Positions 53,980-64,000 of a stretch of DNA of 64,000 nt are shown here, one piece after another; positions within the stretch are counted from its first letter, which is position 1; each line of letters begins with the position of its first letter. This stretch comes from Cyanophora paradoxa CCMP329 (lineage: Eukaryota > Plantae > Glaucophyta), in contig QPMI01000674.1 in assembly GCA_004431415.1 (NCBI GenBank), forward strand, positions 11,327 through 75,326, in the 5' to 3' direction. The notes beneath the pieces are model-generated. The model had not been told where the DNA came from. It did no database searches and saw nothing but the letters and a program-made list of their open reading frames with translations. The position numbers were made by a program, and so were the translations under genes.

Positions 53980-55872
53980 TCAGGTCTGCCGTGATGGCAA
54001 GCGTAATATTTTTCTGTAGTGTGAGGGGCCCCGAGGGAGGTTCGGATATTCGTGTGGGAGAAGGGGAAGCCCGTATCGGGCCTGGGTGTCGAGGACACGT
54101 TGTCGGTATATTTGGCCGTAGAGTGATGATGTGTGAGAGGCTAGTTCCTGGCGGAGGCGCTCGTCGACGCACTGCTGTTGGCGTTGGATGACAGCTATTG
54201 AGGGAAGGCGATAGATGGAAGAGAAGGCAGCCGTGGAAACGGACTGGGCCAGGTTGGCCGTGTGTTTGGCCGCGGTGAGCCAGACAGCGTCGAGGGATTG
54301 GCATTGGGATGGCGTTAAGGTCATGATGCGGAGAGGGTATGCCAGTTTGGGGAAGAGAACCCGATGTAGTATCACTTGGAATTCGTGGACGGTAATCTTC
54401 TTTGTGGCTAAGACGGAGATTGCGGACTGGAGCTGGGACTTGAGTAGACGGACTTGGTGGGTCCAAGACAGGTTCGCAGTAAACTGGACGCCGAGGACGC
54501 GGAATGGTGTTGTGGGGGAGAGGATGTGGCCAACCTCAGCTCTGGAATCGCCGACGCCGACATAGTATTTGCTCTTGACTGGCGCTTCGGATCGGGGGGG
54601 TTTCCAGTGGAAAATTTCCGTCTTTTTGGCGTTCAGGTTCATGCCATGGATATGGAGAAATTCGGACAACCAGTCAAGCATATGTTGGAGACCCTGAGCC
54701 GAGCTGGCAAGCATGGTGGTGTCATCGGCGTATGCGAGCACAGAGACTGTGGGGCAGGGACCGGCGGGGAAGTAGAGGGGTTCGCCAGGACATGGTGGGC
54801 GGGGGGAACGGGGGCGGGTAGGGTCAGATCGGTGCGGCCCGAGCTGGTAGCCGAAATTGGACTGAGTCGCTCGTTCTTCTATGGCGGTGAGAGCGGCGTC
54901 GAAGAAAATGCGCCAGTGGAGAGGGGCTTCGATGCCTCCTTGGGGGAGGCCACAGGGGACTTGAAAATATTCCGTGCGGCCGTGGGGGGTAAGGATGCAC
55001 GCCGTGCGGTGTTGAGCTGCTTTTTTGTGGAGGGCTATATAGCGTTTTCCTTCAGGATGGAGGTGGAGTTGGATACGATTAAGGCTGAGCTCTTGGCTAT
55101 GCCAGGAGACACTGTCGTAGGCGCTGGCAATATCCCCCAGGCCGCCGAAGATTGGCTTTTTGAACTGGTGCGCGTCCTCGAGGGAGGATCGGAGGGCGTA
55201 GAGAACAGGGTCGGTAGATTCGCGGCGACAAAAACCATAGTTGCGGCCGCGTAGTATGTTATGTGTATCAATGCGGTCTTCCATGCGGTGGGTCAGGAGG
55301 CCCGTGACCAGCTTCCAGGTGACTTCTTGAAGGGTGATGGGGCGGAGATCGGCAAGATCTGCTGAATTATCACGTTTCGGGATAGCGTAGACTTGACCGC
55401 GAAGTGCGTGGTCGGGCACGTGGCCGAGAAGGGTGGATTGAACTAGAGCTCGGATGGCGTCGCGCGAGGTGGTCCAGTGAGCCGCGGACTCGAAGCTGTT
55501 TATCTCGTCGGTAGAGTGTGAGGCGGCTAAGGCCTGGCGTTCCGTCTTGGAGAGGCGGAGGGGGGACCAGAGCATTTTAATCATTCCGTTCGTGAGGCCG
55601 GAGGGACCGCCTGCGCCATTGGACAGGGACGAGATGAGGCGATCGAGTTCGGGGTCCTCTGGCATGGCCATTAGTCCGTCCCAGACGGCGGGGGTGAAGT
55701 GGGAAAGGGGTCGGTACTGGCGTTTCCAAAATCTGCCCAACCAGGCGCCGTTTTCAATGTCCGCGAATTTCGTAGCTATGGCATCCAGGTTTGGGGCAGC
55801 CTTGCGGAGTCGCCAGAAATTTTTGAAGTGATCCAGATGTGCGCGTTTAATTTCATTGGGATCAGTGAGCAC
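53980..55872 (-). CDS. Reverse transcriptase domain of the outer LINE
   Basis: IPK, LRPITL, YGF, DIASAYDSV, GLPQG, AYADD, LNAKKT, VLGV. Confidence 0.95.
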   Translation of the reverse strand: MLTDPNEIKRAHLDHFKNFWRLRKAAPNLDAIATKFADIENGAWLGRFWKRQYRPLSHFTPAVWDGLMAMPEDPELDRLISSLSNGAGGPSGLTNGMIKMLWSPLRLSKTERQALAASHSTDEINSFESAAHWTTSRDAIRALVQSTLLGHVPDHALRGQVYAIPKRDNSADLADLRPITLQEVTWKLVTGLLTHRMEDRIDTHNILRGRNYGFCRRESTDPVLYALRSSLEDAHQFKKPIFGGLGDIASAYDSVSWHSQELSLNRIQLHLHPEGKRYIALHKKAAQHRTACILTPHGRTEYFQVPCGLPQGGIEAPLHWRIFFDAALTAIEERATQSNFGYQLGPHRSDPTRPRSPRPPCPGEPLYFPAGPCPTVSVLAYADDTTMLASSAQGLQHMLDWLSEFLHIHGMNLNAKKTEIFHWKPPRSEAPVKSKYYVGVGDSRAEVGHILSPTTPFRVLGVQFTANLSWTHQVRLLKSQLQSAISVLATKKITVHEFQVILHRVLFPKLAYPLRIMTLTPSQCQSLDAVWLTAAKHTANLAQSVSTAAFSSIYRLPSIAVIQRQQQCVDERLRQELASHTSSLYGQIYRQRVLDTQARYGLPLLPHEYPNLPRGPSHYRKILRLPSRQT

Positions 55873-56699
55873 TTCGGGTAGCCCCGCTGCCGTGCGGGTA
55901 AGGTATAGGCGGGGGCGGATCGGAAGCGGGAGAGGAGGAGTTGAATAGCCCGACCCATACTTCGACAGTGGGACAGGAGGTGGCGGCGGGTGTCAATATT
56001 GCGAGCAATGTCGGCTTCGGTATATGCACGGCGATGATTGTCCAGGGCGGCCCGCGCCTGTAAGTGCCATGTACTTAGTTGAGTATGGTACTCGGCGATT
56101 TCAGAGCCTGTAATGGTACCATTCTCGAATTCAGGGTAATTGGGAGGGTCGGGGAAAGCGAGGAGGGAGGGGCAGAATGTCAGTGTGGTGTCCGAGCCCG
56201 CAGCTTTTCGGATGTCCGTCACGTCTTTGGGAAGGTCCCGGAGGACGGCCCGGATAGTTTCGTCAGGCGGGTGGTCTGTGGAGCCTTGGTGCGCCCAGTC
56301 GTGTAAGGCCTGTCCAACGCGGCCAACGAGTTGTTCGTCGTCAGCGTCCAGTGCAGATAGATGGTTGAATTTAGCCATATCGCCCTGGGCGGCTACTCGG
56401 TGTTGGAGGACTTTTGCAGTAGAGAATTCTTTAGCGTGAGCGACGGACTTGATACTCTGGGCGATTGCGCAGAGGAGGGAGCGGTGGGATTTCGTGGCGC
56501 GGCGGGCGTAGTCGGGGCTGTTTTCGGGAGTGAGAAGGAGCTGGATATACCGCTGGCCGTGTTTATTGAGAAAAGTTTCGACAGCGAGCTTGAAAGCAAG
56601 CCGGATGGGTGCAGGTTGGGCGGCATAGTTGAAGAGAGGAGGGAGAGGCTGGGGTCGGGGCTGGCGGGGCTCCGTAGGGGGGGCAGAGAGCACGCCTTC

Positions 56700-57600
56700 G
56701 GTTTTGAAGGTCGCAAGTACGGGGAGATGGTCGGCTGTGAGTAAAGGGGACGGTCGGCCAGGGACATAAAGCGTGCGAGTCCCTAGTGATCGGGCCGCGA
56801 GAGTGGGGGAGGCAAGGGCGTAGTCGATGCGGGCGGCGTCCAGGAGGGGGCGGTGGCCCTGATCGTCAAGAAAGTCGGCGTGGCGGGAAACATGTGTGAA
56901 ATCGCCCGGGTTCCGGTATCATAAAGACCCCAGGTCTCGCGGAAAAGGGTCCATATTTCTGCGTAGGAGTTCGGGGGGGTAGTTTCAGTGCGCCGGTTGC
57001 CCCCGGTGATCCGGTCGTTGCACGGAGAGTAGGTGCTATTCATATCGCCGAGTACCAGGAGATGCGTCTGCCAGTCAGGTTCGTGGATGTCGGGTGCGAC
57101 CTTCGCGGTCAGGTATTCGGTGAGGTCGTGGAGCTCTTTTTGCAAATTGTCGTGCCCGCAGTCCGGCACGTAGAGTGAGAGGACAATGAGGCGCTCGCGC
57201 GTGCGCGGGAAGTCAAATCGGGCGCCGGCTACTCGGCCGTCAAACGCATAATCCGCCTGGCGGTGCGCTGCATAGCTTGCTGAGATCCATAGCGCGGAGC
57301 CAGCGGTGCCAGGGCGGCCGCGGATGGAGGAGAATAGACAAGGTAGCTAGATTTATGGCGGCGGACTGCTGTCTTAATCAGGTGATCGCGGATATTGGGC
57401 GGAAAGGGCTTCGAGGGGGGGCGGTCGGTAGGGACCATGTCGACCTCTTGAAGAGCAACGAAGTGGCAGTCCCAGTCACGGCGGCCATAGTCAATTGCGC
57501 TGATAAATTTAGTTGCAATATTGTTGCCGCTCGCCTTCCCCTCCAAGCGGCGAATATTCCACGTGAGGGCGCGGAGGTTCAGCTTCGCATTTGCCGCGTC
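56700..57600 (-). CDS. APE endonuclease domain of the outer LINE (frameshifted)
   Basis: LTWNIRRL, VALQEV, LYVP, VLGDMN, RIDY. Confidence 0.85.
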
Positions 57601-58744
57601 CGGGGGGTGTGCTAGGACAGGGATCTGGAGCGCATCACGGTGGTGGCGAGCGTCAATACGGTCAGCGGTGTACAGAGAGGGAGGGTATAATGTTAGAAGG
57701 GACGAGGCCGCCGTGACGAGTGGCGGAGAGGAGAGGGCGGCGGCGGCGGTAGCGACTGCGGCGGCCGTTGCTGTGCTGGGCTCGATGTCCGCAAGGGCGA
57801 CGGGGACAAGGGCGGCGAGGAGAACACAGAGGAGGAGGTGTGTGAGGAGAGGGGCCGGGCGGCTGAAGGACCGTTGGGTTTGTGGGGCGCGGCGCGCAGG
57901 CCGGCGCCGGCCCAGGAGTTCGAGACCGGCGTCATGCGGCGCAGCGTCCGTGACGCCGGCGTCGGCGGGGCCAGCGCCGGCGTGCACGTGGGCACTAGCG
58001 CGGGGGCTAACTGCGAGGTACGCGGCCGTACGCATGGCTAGTACGCGTCCGGATCCGTACGCGTGGTTCGTACGACAACTCTCGGCGTCATGCAGCGCAG
58101 CGTCCGAGCTCGAGGCGCCGGCGTTGGTGGGGCCAGCACTAGCGTGGGCGCCAGTGCTAGCTGAGTAACCTGCAATGGCAGTGTCGGTGCTACAGCCAGG
58201 CGCCGGCTCGCGCCGTACGCAGGGGAACGGTATACGTACTAGCTATAGTGCAGCTAGTCAAGCACTCGCGGATTGCGGTCCAATTTGCGGAGGCATTGGG
58301 CCGCTTCGAATCATTGCCCGACTCATCAATCGCATGAATAAAAAAACCTGTTCGCGTTGGGTTTTTTGACGGCACGCGGTGGGGTACCGGTAGGCGCAGT
58401 GTCGTCGGGGCCCTGAGACGTTCCGACCGGAAGGGGAAACTCCACCGGCTACTGCAGTATGCGACGGCTCTGATGGGCTTCCGTGCTCCAGTCCAGCGAT
58501 CAAGTTCTGGAGCATGCCGTAGCGCGGTCTAGCGACCGTGGTCCAGGAGGTGCTCCAGATGTAGACACGGCGACTGAGCTGTGAAAGTACTTGCGCGGCC
58601 TGCTGGATGCCGAGGCGAGCAGCGCGGCGTGGCGCGGCAGCGGCAATAGCATCTCGACTGGGATTGACCTCTTGCGACGCGCTCGACGGGCGGGGCGTCG
58701 CAGATGGACCTCCGGACACTTCTGCAACCTTAGGTTTGCTCTAG

Positions 58745-61700
58745 GGATCGACAGTCGACTCGGGCGCGGCGCCGAGCGCCGGGCCGACAGCGTCCTGCAG
58801 GTCGCGCGGCGTGGGCGGAGGCGAGACGGGCGGCGCGCTGAGGACCGGCGGCGGCTTCGCGTCAGGTCCGGGTCCGTCAGCACGGGCGCGGGCCGGGCGC
58901 GGAAAGGCTGGTAGTGTCTTGCAGGTCGCGTGGTGCCGGCGCGGGCGGAGGCGAGACGGGCGGCGCGCGGGGGCCCGGCGGCGGCTCACTGCGGGTCCGG
59001 GTCCGTAAGCGCGGGTGCGGCGCCGGGCGGCGGGAGGCCGACAGCGTCCGCAGGTCTAGCGGCGTGAGCTGGGGCGAGGCGGGCGGCGCGCTGGGGCACG
59101 GCGGCGGCTTCACTTCCGGCCAGGTCCGTCAGTTCGGGCGCAGCGCGGGGCAGCAGGGGGGCCGACAGCGTCCCGCAGGTCTAGCGGCGCGAGCTGGGGC
59201 GAGGCGGGCGGTGCGCGGGGGCTCGGTGGCGGCGTCACTTCCGGCCCAGGTCCGTCAAATCGGGCGCAGGGCGGGGCGGCGGTGAGGCCGACAGCGTCCC
59301 GCAGGTCTAGCGGCGCGAGCTGGGGCGAGGCGGGCGGTGCGCGAGGGCTCGGTGGCGGCGTCACTTCCGGCCCAGGTCCGTCAGCTCGGGCGCAGCGCGG
59401 GGCAGCAGGGGGGTCGACAGCGTCCCGCAGGTCTAGCGGCGCGAGCTGGGGCGAGGCGGGTGGCGCACGGGGCACGGCGGCGGCGTCACTTCGGCCCAGG
59501 TCCGTCAGCTCGGGCGCAGCGCGGGGCGGCGGGAGGCCGACAGCGTCCCGCAGGTCTAGCGGCGCGAGCTGGGCGAGGCGGGTGGCGCACGGGGCACGGC
59601 GACGGCTTCACTTCCGGCCCAGGTCCGTCAGCTCGGGCGCAGCGCGGGGCGGCGGAGGGGCCGACATCGTCCGCAGGTCTAGCGGCGCGAGCTGGGGCGA
59701 GGCGGGTGGCGCGCGGGGGCTCGGTGGCGGCGTCACTTCCGGCCAGGTCCGTCAGCTCGGGCGCAGCGCGGGGCGGCGGGAGGGCCGACAGCGTCCCGCA
59801 GGTCTAGCGGCGCGAGCTGGGGCGAGGCGGGCGGCGCGCTGGGGCACGGCGGCGGCTTCACTTCCGGCCCAGGTCCGTCAGCTCGGGCGCAGCGCGGGGC
59901 AGCAGGGGGGCCGACATCGTCCCGCAGGTCTAGCGGCGCGAGCTGGGGCGAGGCGGGTGGCGCGCGAGGGCTCGGCGGCGGCTTGTCTTCAGGTCCAGGC
60001 CCGTCAAATCGGGCGCAGCGCGGGGCGGCGGTGAGGCCGACAGCGTCCCGCAGGTCTAGCGGCGCGAGCTGGGGCGAGGCGGGCGGTGCGCGGGGGCTCG
60101 GTGGCGGCGTCACTTCCGGCCCAGGTCCGTCAGCTCGGGCGCAGCGCGGGCAGCAGGGGGCCGACAGCGTCCCGCAGGTCTAGCGGCGCGAGCTGGGCGA
60201 GGCGGGCGGCGCGCGGGGGCTCGGCGACGGCTTCACTTCCGGCCAGGTCCGTCAGCTCGGGCGCAGCGCGGGCGGCGGGAGGGCCGACAGCGTCTCGCAG
60301 GTCTAGCGGCGCTAGCTGGGGCGAGGCGGGCGGCGCGCGGGGCACGGCGGCGGCTTCACTTCCGCCCAGGTCCGTCAGCTCGGGCGCAGCGCGGGGCGGC
60401 GGAGGGCCGACATCGTCCCGCAGGTCTAGCGGCGCGAGCTGGGCGAGGCGGGCGGCGCGCGGGGGCTCGGTGGCGGCGTCACTTCCGGCCAGGTCCGTCA
60501 GCTCGGGCGCAGCGCGGGGCGGCGGGAGGGCCGATAGCGTCCGCAGGTCTAGCGGCGCGAGCTGAGGCGAGGCGGGCGGCGCGCGAGGGCGCGGCGGCGG
60601 CTTCACTCCGGCCCAGGTCCGTCAGCACGGGCGCAGCGCGGGGCGGCGGGAGGGCCGACAGCGTCCCGCAGGTCTAGCGGCGTGAGCTGGGGCGAGGCGG
60701 GCGGCGCGCGGGGGCTCGGCGGCGGCTTCACTTCCGGCCAGGTCCGTCAGCTCGGGCGCAGCGCGGGGCGGCGGGGGGCCGACAGCGTCCGCAGGTCTAG
60801 CGGCGCGAGCTGGGGCGAGGCGGGTGGCGCACGGGGCACGGCCAGGTCCGTCAGCTCGGGCGCAGCGCGGGCGGCGGAGGGCCGACAGCGTCCCGCAGGT
60901 CTAGCGGCGCGAGCTGGGGCGAGGCGGGTGCGCACGGGGCACGGCGACGGCTCACTTCCGGCCAGGTCCGTCAGTCGGGCGCAGCGCGGGCGGCGGGAGG
61001 GCGATAGCGTCCGAGGTCTAGCGGCGCGAGCTGGGGCGAGGCGGGCGCGCGCGAGGGCGCGGCGGCGGCTTCACTTCCGGCCAGGTCCGTCAGCACGGGC
61101 GCAGCGCGGGGCGGCGGAGGGCCGACATCGTCCCGCAGGTCTAGCGGCGCGAGCTGGGGCGAGGCGGGCGGCGCGCGGGGGCTCGGTGGCGGCGTCACTT
61201 CCGGCCCAGGTCCGTCAGCTCGGGCGCAGCGCGGGGCGGCGGGAGGGCCGATAGCGTCCCGCAGGTCTAGCGGCGCGAGCTGGGGCGAGGCGGGCGGCGC
61301 GCGAGGGCTCGGTGGCGGCGTCACTTCCGGCCCAGGTCCGTCAGCTCGGGCGCAGCGCGGGGCAGCAGGGGGGTCGACAGCGTCCCGCAGGTCTAGCGGC
61401 GCGAGCTGGGGCGAGGCGGGTGGCGAGCGAGGGCTCGGCGGCGGCTTGTCTTCAGGTCCAGGCCCGTCAAATCGGGCGCAGCGCCGGGCGGCGGGAGGGC
61501 CGACAGCGTCCCGCAGGTCTAGCGGCGTGAGCTGGGGCGAGGCGGGCGGCGCGCTGGGGCACGGCGGCGGCTTCACTTCCGGCCCAGGTCCGTCAGTTCG
61601 GGCGCAGCGCGGGGCAGCAGGGGGGCCGACAGCGTCCCGCAGGTCTAGCGGCGCGAGCTGGGGCGAGGCGGGCGGTGCGCGGGGGCTCGGTGGCGGCGTC

Positions 61701-64000
61701 ACTTCCGGCCCAGGTCCGTCAAATCGGGCGCAGGGCGGGGCGGCGGTGAGGCCGACAGCGTCCCGCAGGTCTAGCGGCGCGAGCTGGGGCGAGGCGGGCG
61801 GTGCGCGAGGGCTCGGTGGCGGCGTCACTTCCGGCCCAGGTCCGTCAGCTCGGGCGCAGCGCGGGGCAGCAGGGGGGTCGACAGCGTCCCGCAGGTCTAG
61901 CGGCGCGAGCTGGGGCGAGGCGGGTGGCGCACGGGGGCACGGCGGCGGCGTCACTTCCGGCCCAGGTCCGTCAGCTCGGGCGCAGCGCGGGGCGGCGGGA
62001 GGGCCGACAGCGTCCCGCAGGTCTAGCGGCGCGAGCTGGGGCGAGGCGGGTGGCGCACGGGGGCACGGCGACGGCTTCACTTCCGGCCCAGGTCCGTCAG
62101 CTCGGGCGCAGCGCGGGGCGGCGGAGGGGCCGACATCGTCCCGCAGGTCTAGCGCGCGAGCTGGGGCGAGGCGGGTGGCGCGCGGGGGCTCGGTGGCGGC
62201 GTCACTTCCGGCCAGGTCCGTCAGCTCGGGCGCAGCGCGGGGCGGCGGGAGGGCCGACAGCGTCCCGCAGGTCTAGCGGCGCGAGCTGGGGCGAGGCGGG
62301 CGGCGCGCTGGGGCACGGCGGCGGCTTCACTTCCGGCCCAGGTCCGTCAGCTCGGGCGCAGCGCGGGCAGCAGGGGGGCCGACAGCGTCCCGCAGTCTAG
62401 CGGCGCGAGCTGGGGCGAGGCGGGCGGCGCGCGGGGGCCCGGAGGCGGCTTGTCTTCAGGTCCAGGGCCGTCAAATCGGGCGCAGCGCGGGGCGGCAGTG
62501 AGGCCGACAGCGTCCCGCAGGTCTAGCGGCGCGAGCTGGGGCGAGGCGGGCGGCGAGCGAGGGCTCGGCGGCGGCTTGTCTTCAGGTCCAGGCCCGTCAA
62601 ATCGGCGCAGCGCGGGGCGGCGGTGAGGCCGACAGCGTCCCGCAGGTCTAGCGGCGCGAGCTGGGGCGAGGCGGCGGTGCGCGGGGGCTCGGTGGCGGCG
62701 TCACTTCCGGCCCAAGGTCCGTCAGCTCGGGCGCAGCGCGGGGCAGCAGGGGGGCCGACAGCTGTCCCGCAGGTCCTAGCCGGCGCGAAGCTGGGGCGAG
62801 GCCGGGCGGCGCGCGGGGCTCGGCGACGGCTTCACTTCCGGCCCAGGTCGTCAGCTCGGGCGCAGCGCGGGGCGGCGGGAGGGCCGACAGCGTCTCGCAG
62901 TCAGCGGCGCTAGCTGGGCGAGGCGGGCGGCGCGCTGGGGCACGGCGGCGGCTTCACTTCCGGCCCAGTCCGTCAGCTCGGGCGCAGCGCGGGCGGCGGA
63001 GGGCCGACATCGTCCCGCAGGTCTAGCGGCGCGAGCTGGCGGCGGGCGGCGGCGCGGGGCTCGGTGCGGCGTCACTTCCGCCCAGGTCCGTCAGCTCGGG
63101 CGCAGCGCGGGGCGGCGGGAGGCGATAGCGTCCGCAGGTCTAGCGGCGCGAGCTGAGGCGAGGCGGCGGCGCGCGAGGCGGCGGCGGCTTCACTCCGGCC
63201 CAGGTCCGTCAGCACGGGCGCAGCGCGGGGCGGCGGGAGGGCCGACAGCGTCCCGCAGGTTAGCGGCTGAGCTGGGGCGAGCGGCGGCGCGCGGGGCTCG
63301 GCGGCGGCTTCACTTCCGGCCCAGGTCGTCACTCGGGCGCACGCGGGGCGGCGGGGGGCCGACAGCGTCCGCAGGTCTAGCGGCGCGAGCTGGGGCGAGC
63401 GGTGGCGCACGGGGCACGGCCAGGTCCGTCAGCTCGGGCGCAGCGCGGGGCGGCGGGAGGGCCGACAGCGTCCCGCAGGTCTAGCGGCGCGGAGCTGGGC
63501 GAGGCGGGTGGCGCACGGGGGCACGGCGACGGCTTCACTTCCGGCCCAGGTCCGTCAGCTCGGGCGCAGCGCGGGGCGCGGGAGGGCCGATAGCGTCCCG
63601 CAGGTCTAGCGGCGCGAGCTGGGGGCAGGCGGGCGGCGCGCGAGGGCGCGGCGGCGGCTTCACTTCCGGCCCAGGTCGTCAGCCGGGCGCAGCGCGGGGC
63701 GGCGGAGGGCCGACATCGTCCCGCAGGTCTAGCGGCGCGAGCTGGGGCGAGGCGGGCGGCGCGCGGGGCTCGGTGGCGGCGTCACTTCCGGCCCAGGTCC
63801 GTCAGCTCGGGCGCAGCGCGGGGCGGCGGGAGGGCCGATAGCGTCCCGCAGGTCTAGCGGCGCGAGCTGGGCGAGGCGGGCGGCGCGCGAGGGCGCGGCG
63901 GCGGCTTCACTTCCGGCCCAGGTCCGTCAGCACGGGCGCAGCGCGGGCGGCGGTGAGGCCGACAGCGTCCCGCAGGTCTAGCGGCGCGAGCTGGGGCGAG
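58745..64000. repeat. 126-bp GC-rich tandem repeat array (~40 units, runs off window)
   Basis: GTCTAG at 61265, 61391, 61517 and 61643 (period 126); first units are degenerate. Confidence 0.97.

Larger units (their letters stand above)
41524..58740 (-). mobile_element. Giant non-LTR retrotransposon (APE-RT-RNase H with nested Ulp1-like domains and C-terminal zinc fingers); frameshifted; 5' end uncertain
   Basis: APE, RT, RNase H and CPFC...EDFIHIFTC motifs in order on the minus strand; A7 tail at 41524-41530. Confidence 0.88.

Noticed and set aside
54454-55254. 266-aa plus-strand ORF
   Set aside because: Antisense to the RT domain; no motifs.
34466-55872. Diversity-generating retroelement acting on the fibre genes
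   Set aside because: The RT is an APE-type LINE RT, and no template/variable repeat pair differing only at adenines was seen.
57770-57810. 2A-like peptide (LADIEP) before the APE domain
   Set aside because: Lacks the essential NPGP of D(V/I)ExNPGP.
58339-58368. AAAAAACC...GGTTTTTT hairpin resembling a bacterial terminator
   Set aside because: Weak stem, eukaryotic context, no associated operon.
58745-64000. Many long ORFs on both strands, and a CRISPR-like look
   Set aside because: A very GC-rich unit of length divisible by 3 leaves several frames open. There are no unique spacers or cas genes.

Overview
Eukaryotic (probably protist) genomic DNA in three parts. (1) 1 to ~39.76 kb is AT-rich and holds two related but strongly diverged endogenous Polinton-like viruses (PLVs) in mirror orientation. 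Both share the gene order patatin-discoidin, two divergent minor-capsid-like genes, major capsid, A32-type ATPase, coiled-coil ORF, Cys-motif ORF, AT-hook ORF, replication module, rve integrase. Their replication modules differ: element A (+, left end outside the window) has an AEP primase-SF3 helicase, a GIY-YIG nuclease and a Polinton-type pPolB, while element B (-) has a single PolB-SF1 helicase-HNH fusion plus a large fibre cluster. Between them lies ~2 kb of non-coding DNA with origin-like inverted repeats, ending in a 73-bp hairpin exactly where B's integrase loses homology to A's. (2) ~39.8-58.7 kb is GC-rich host DNA with an orphan exon and a very large APE/RT/RNase H non-LTR retrotransposon whose RNase H motifs are split by ~3.5 kb encoding two Ulp1-like protease domains. 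A 5'-truncated relative with the same architecture is nested inside it, with a 16-bp TSD and A9 tail. (3) 58.7-64 kb is a 126-bp GC-rich tandem array with ~2.5-kb higher-order structure. Many frameshifts may be long-read indel errors. All calls come from motif recognition by eye; no database search was run.
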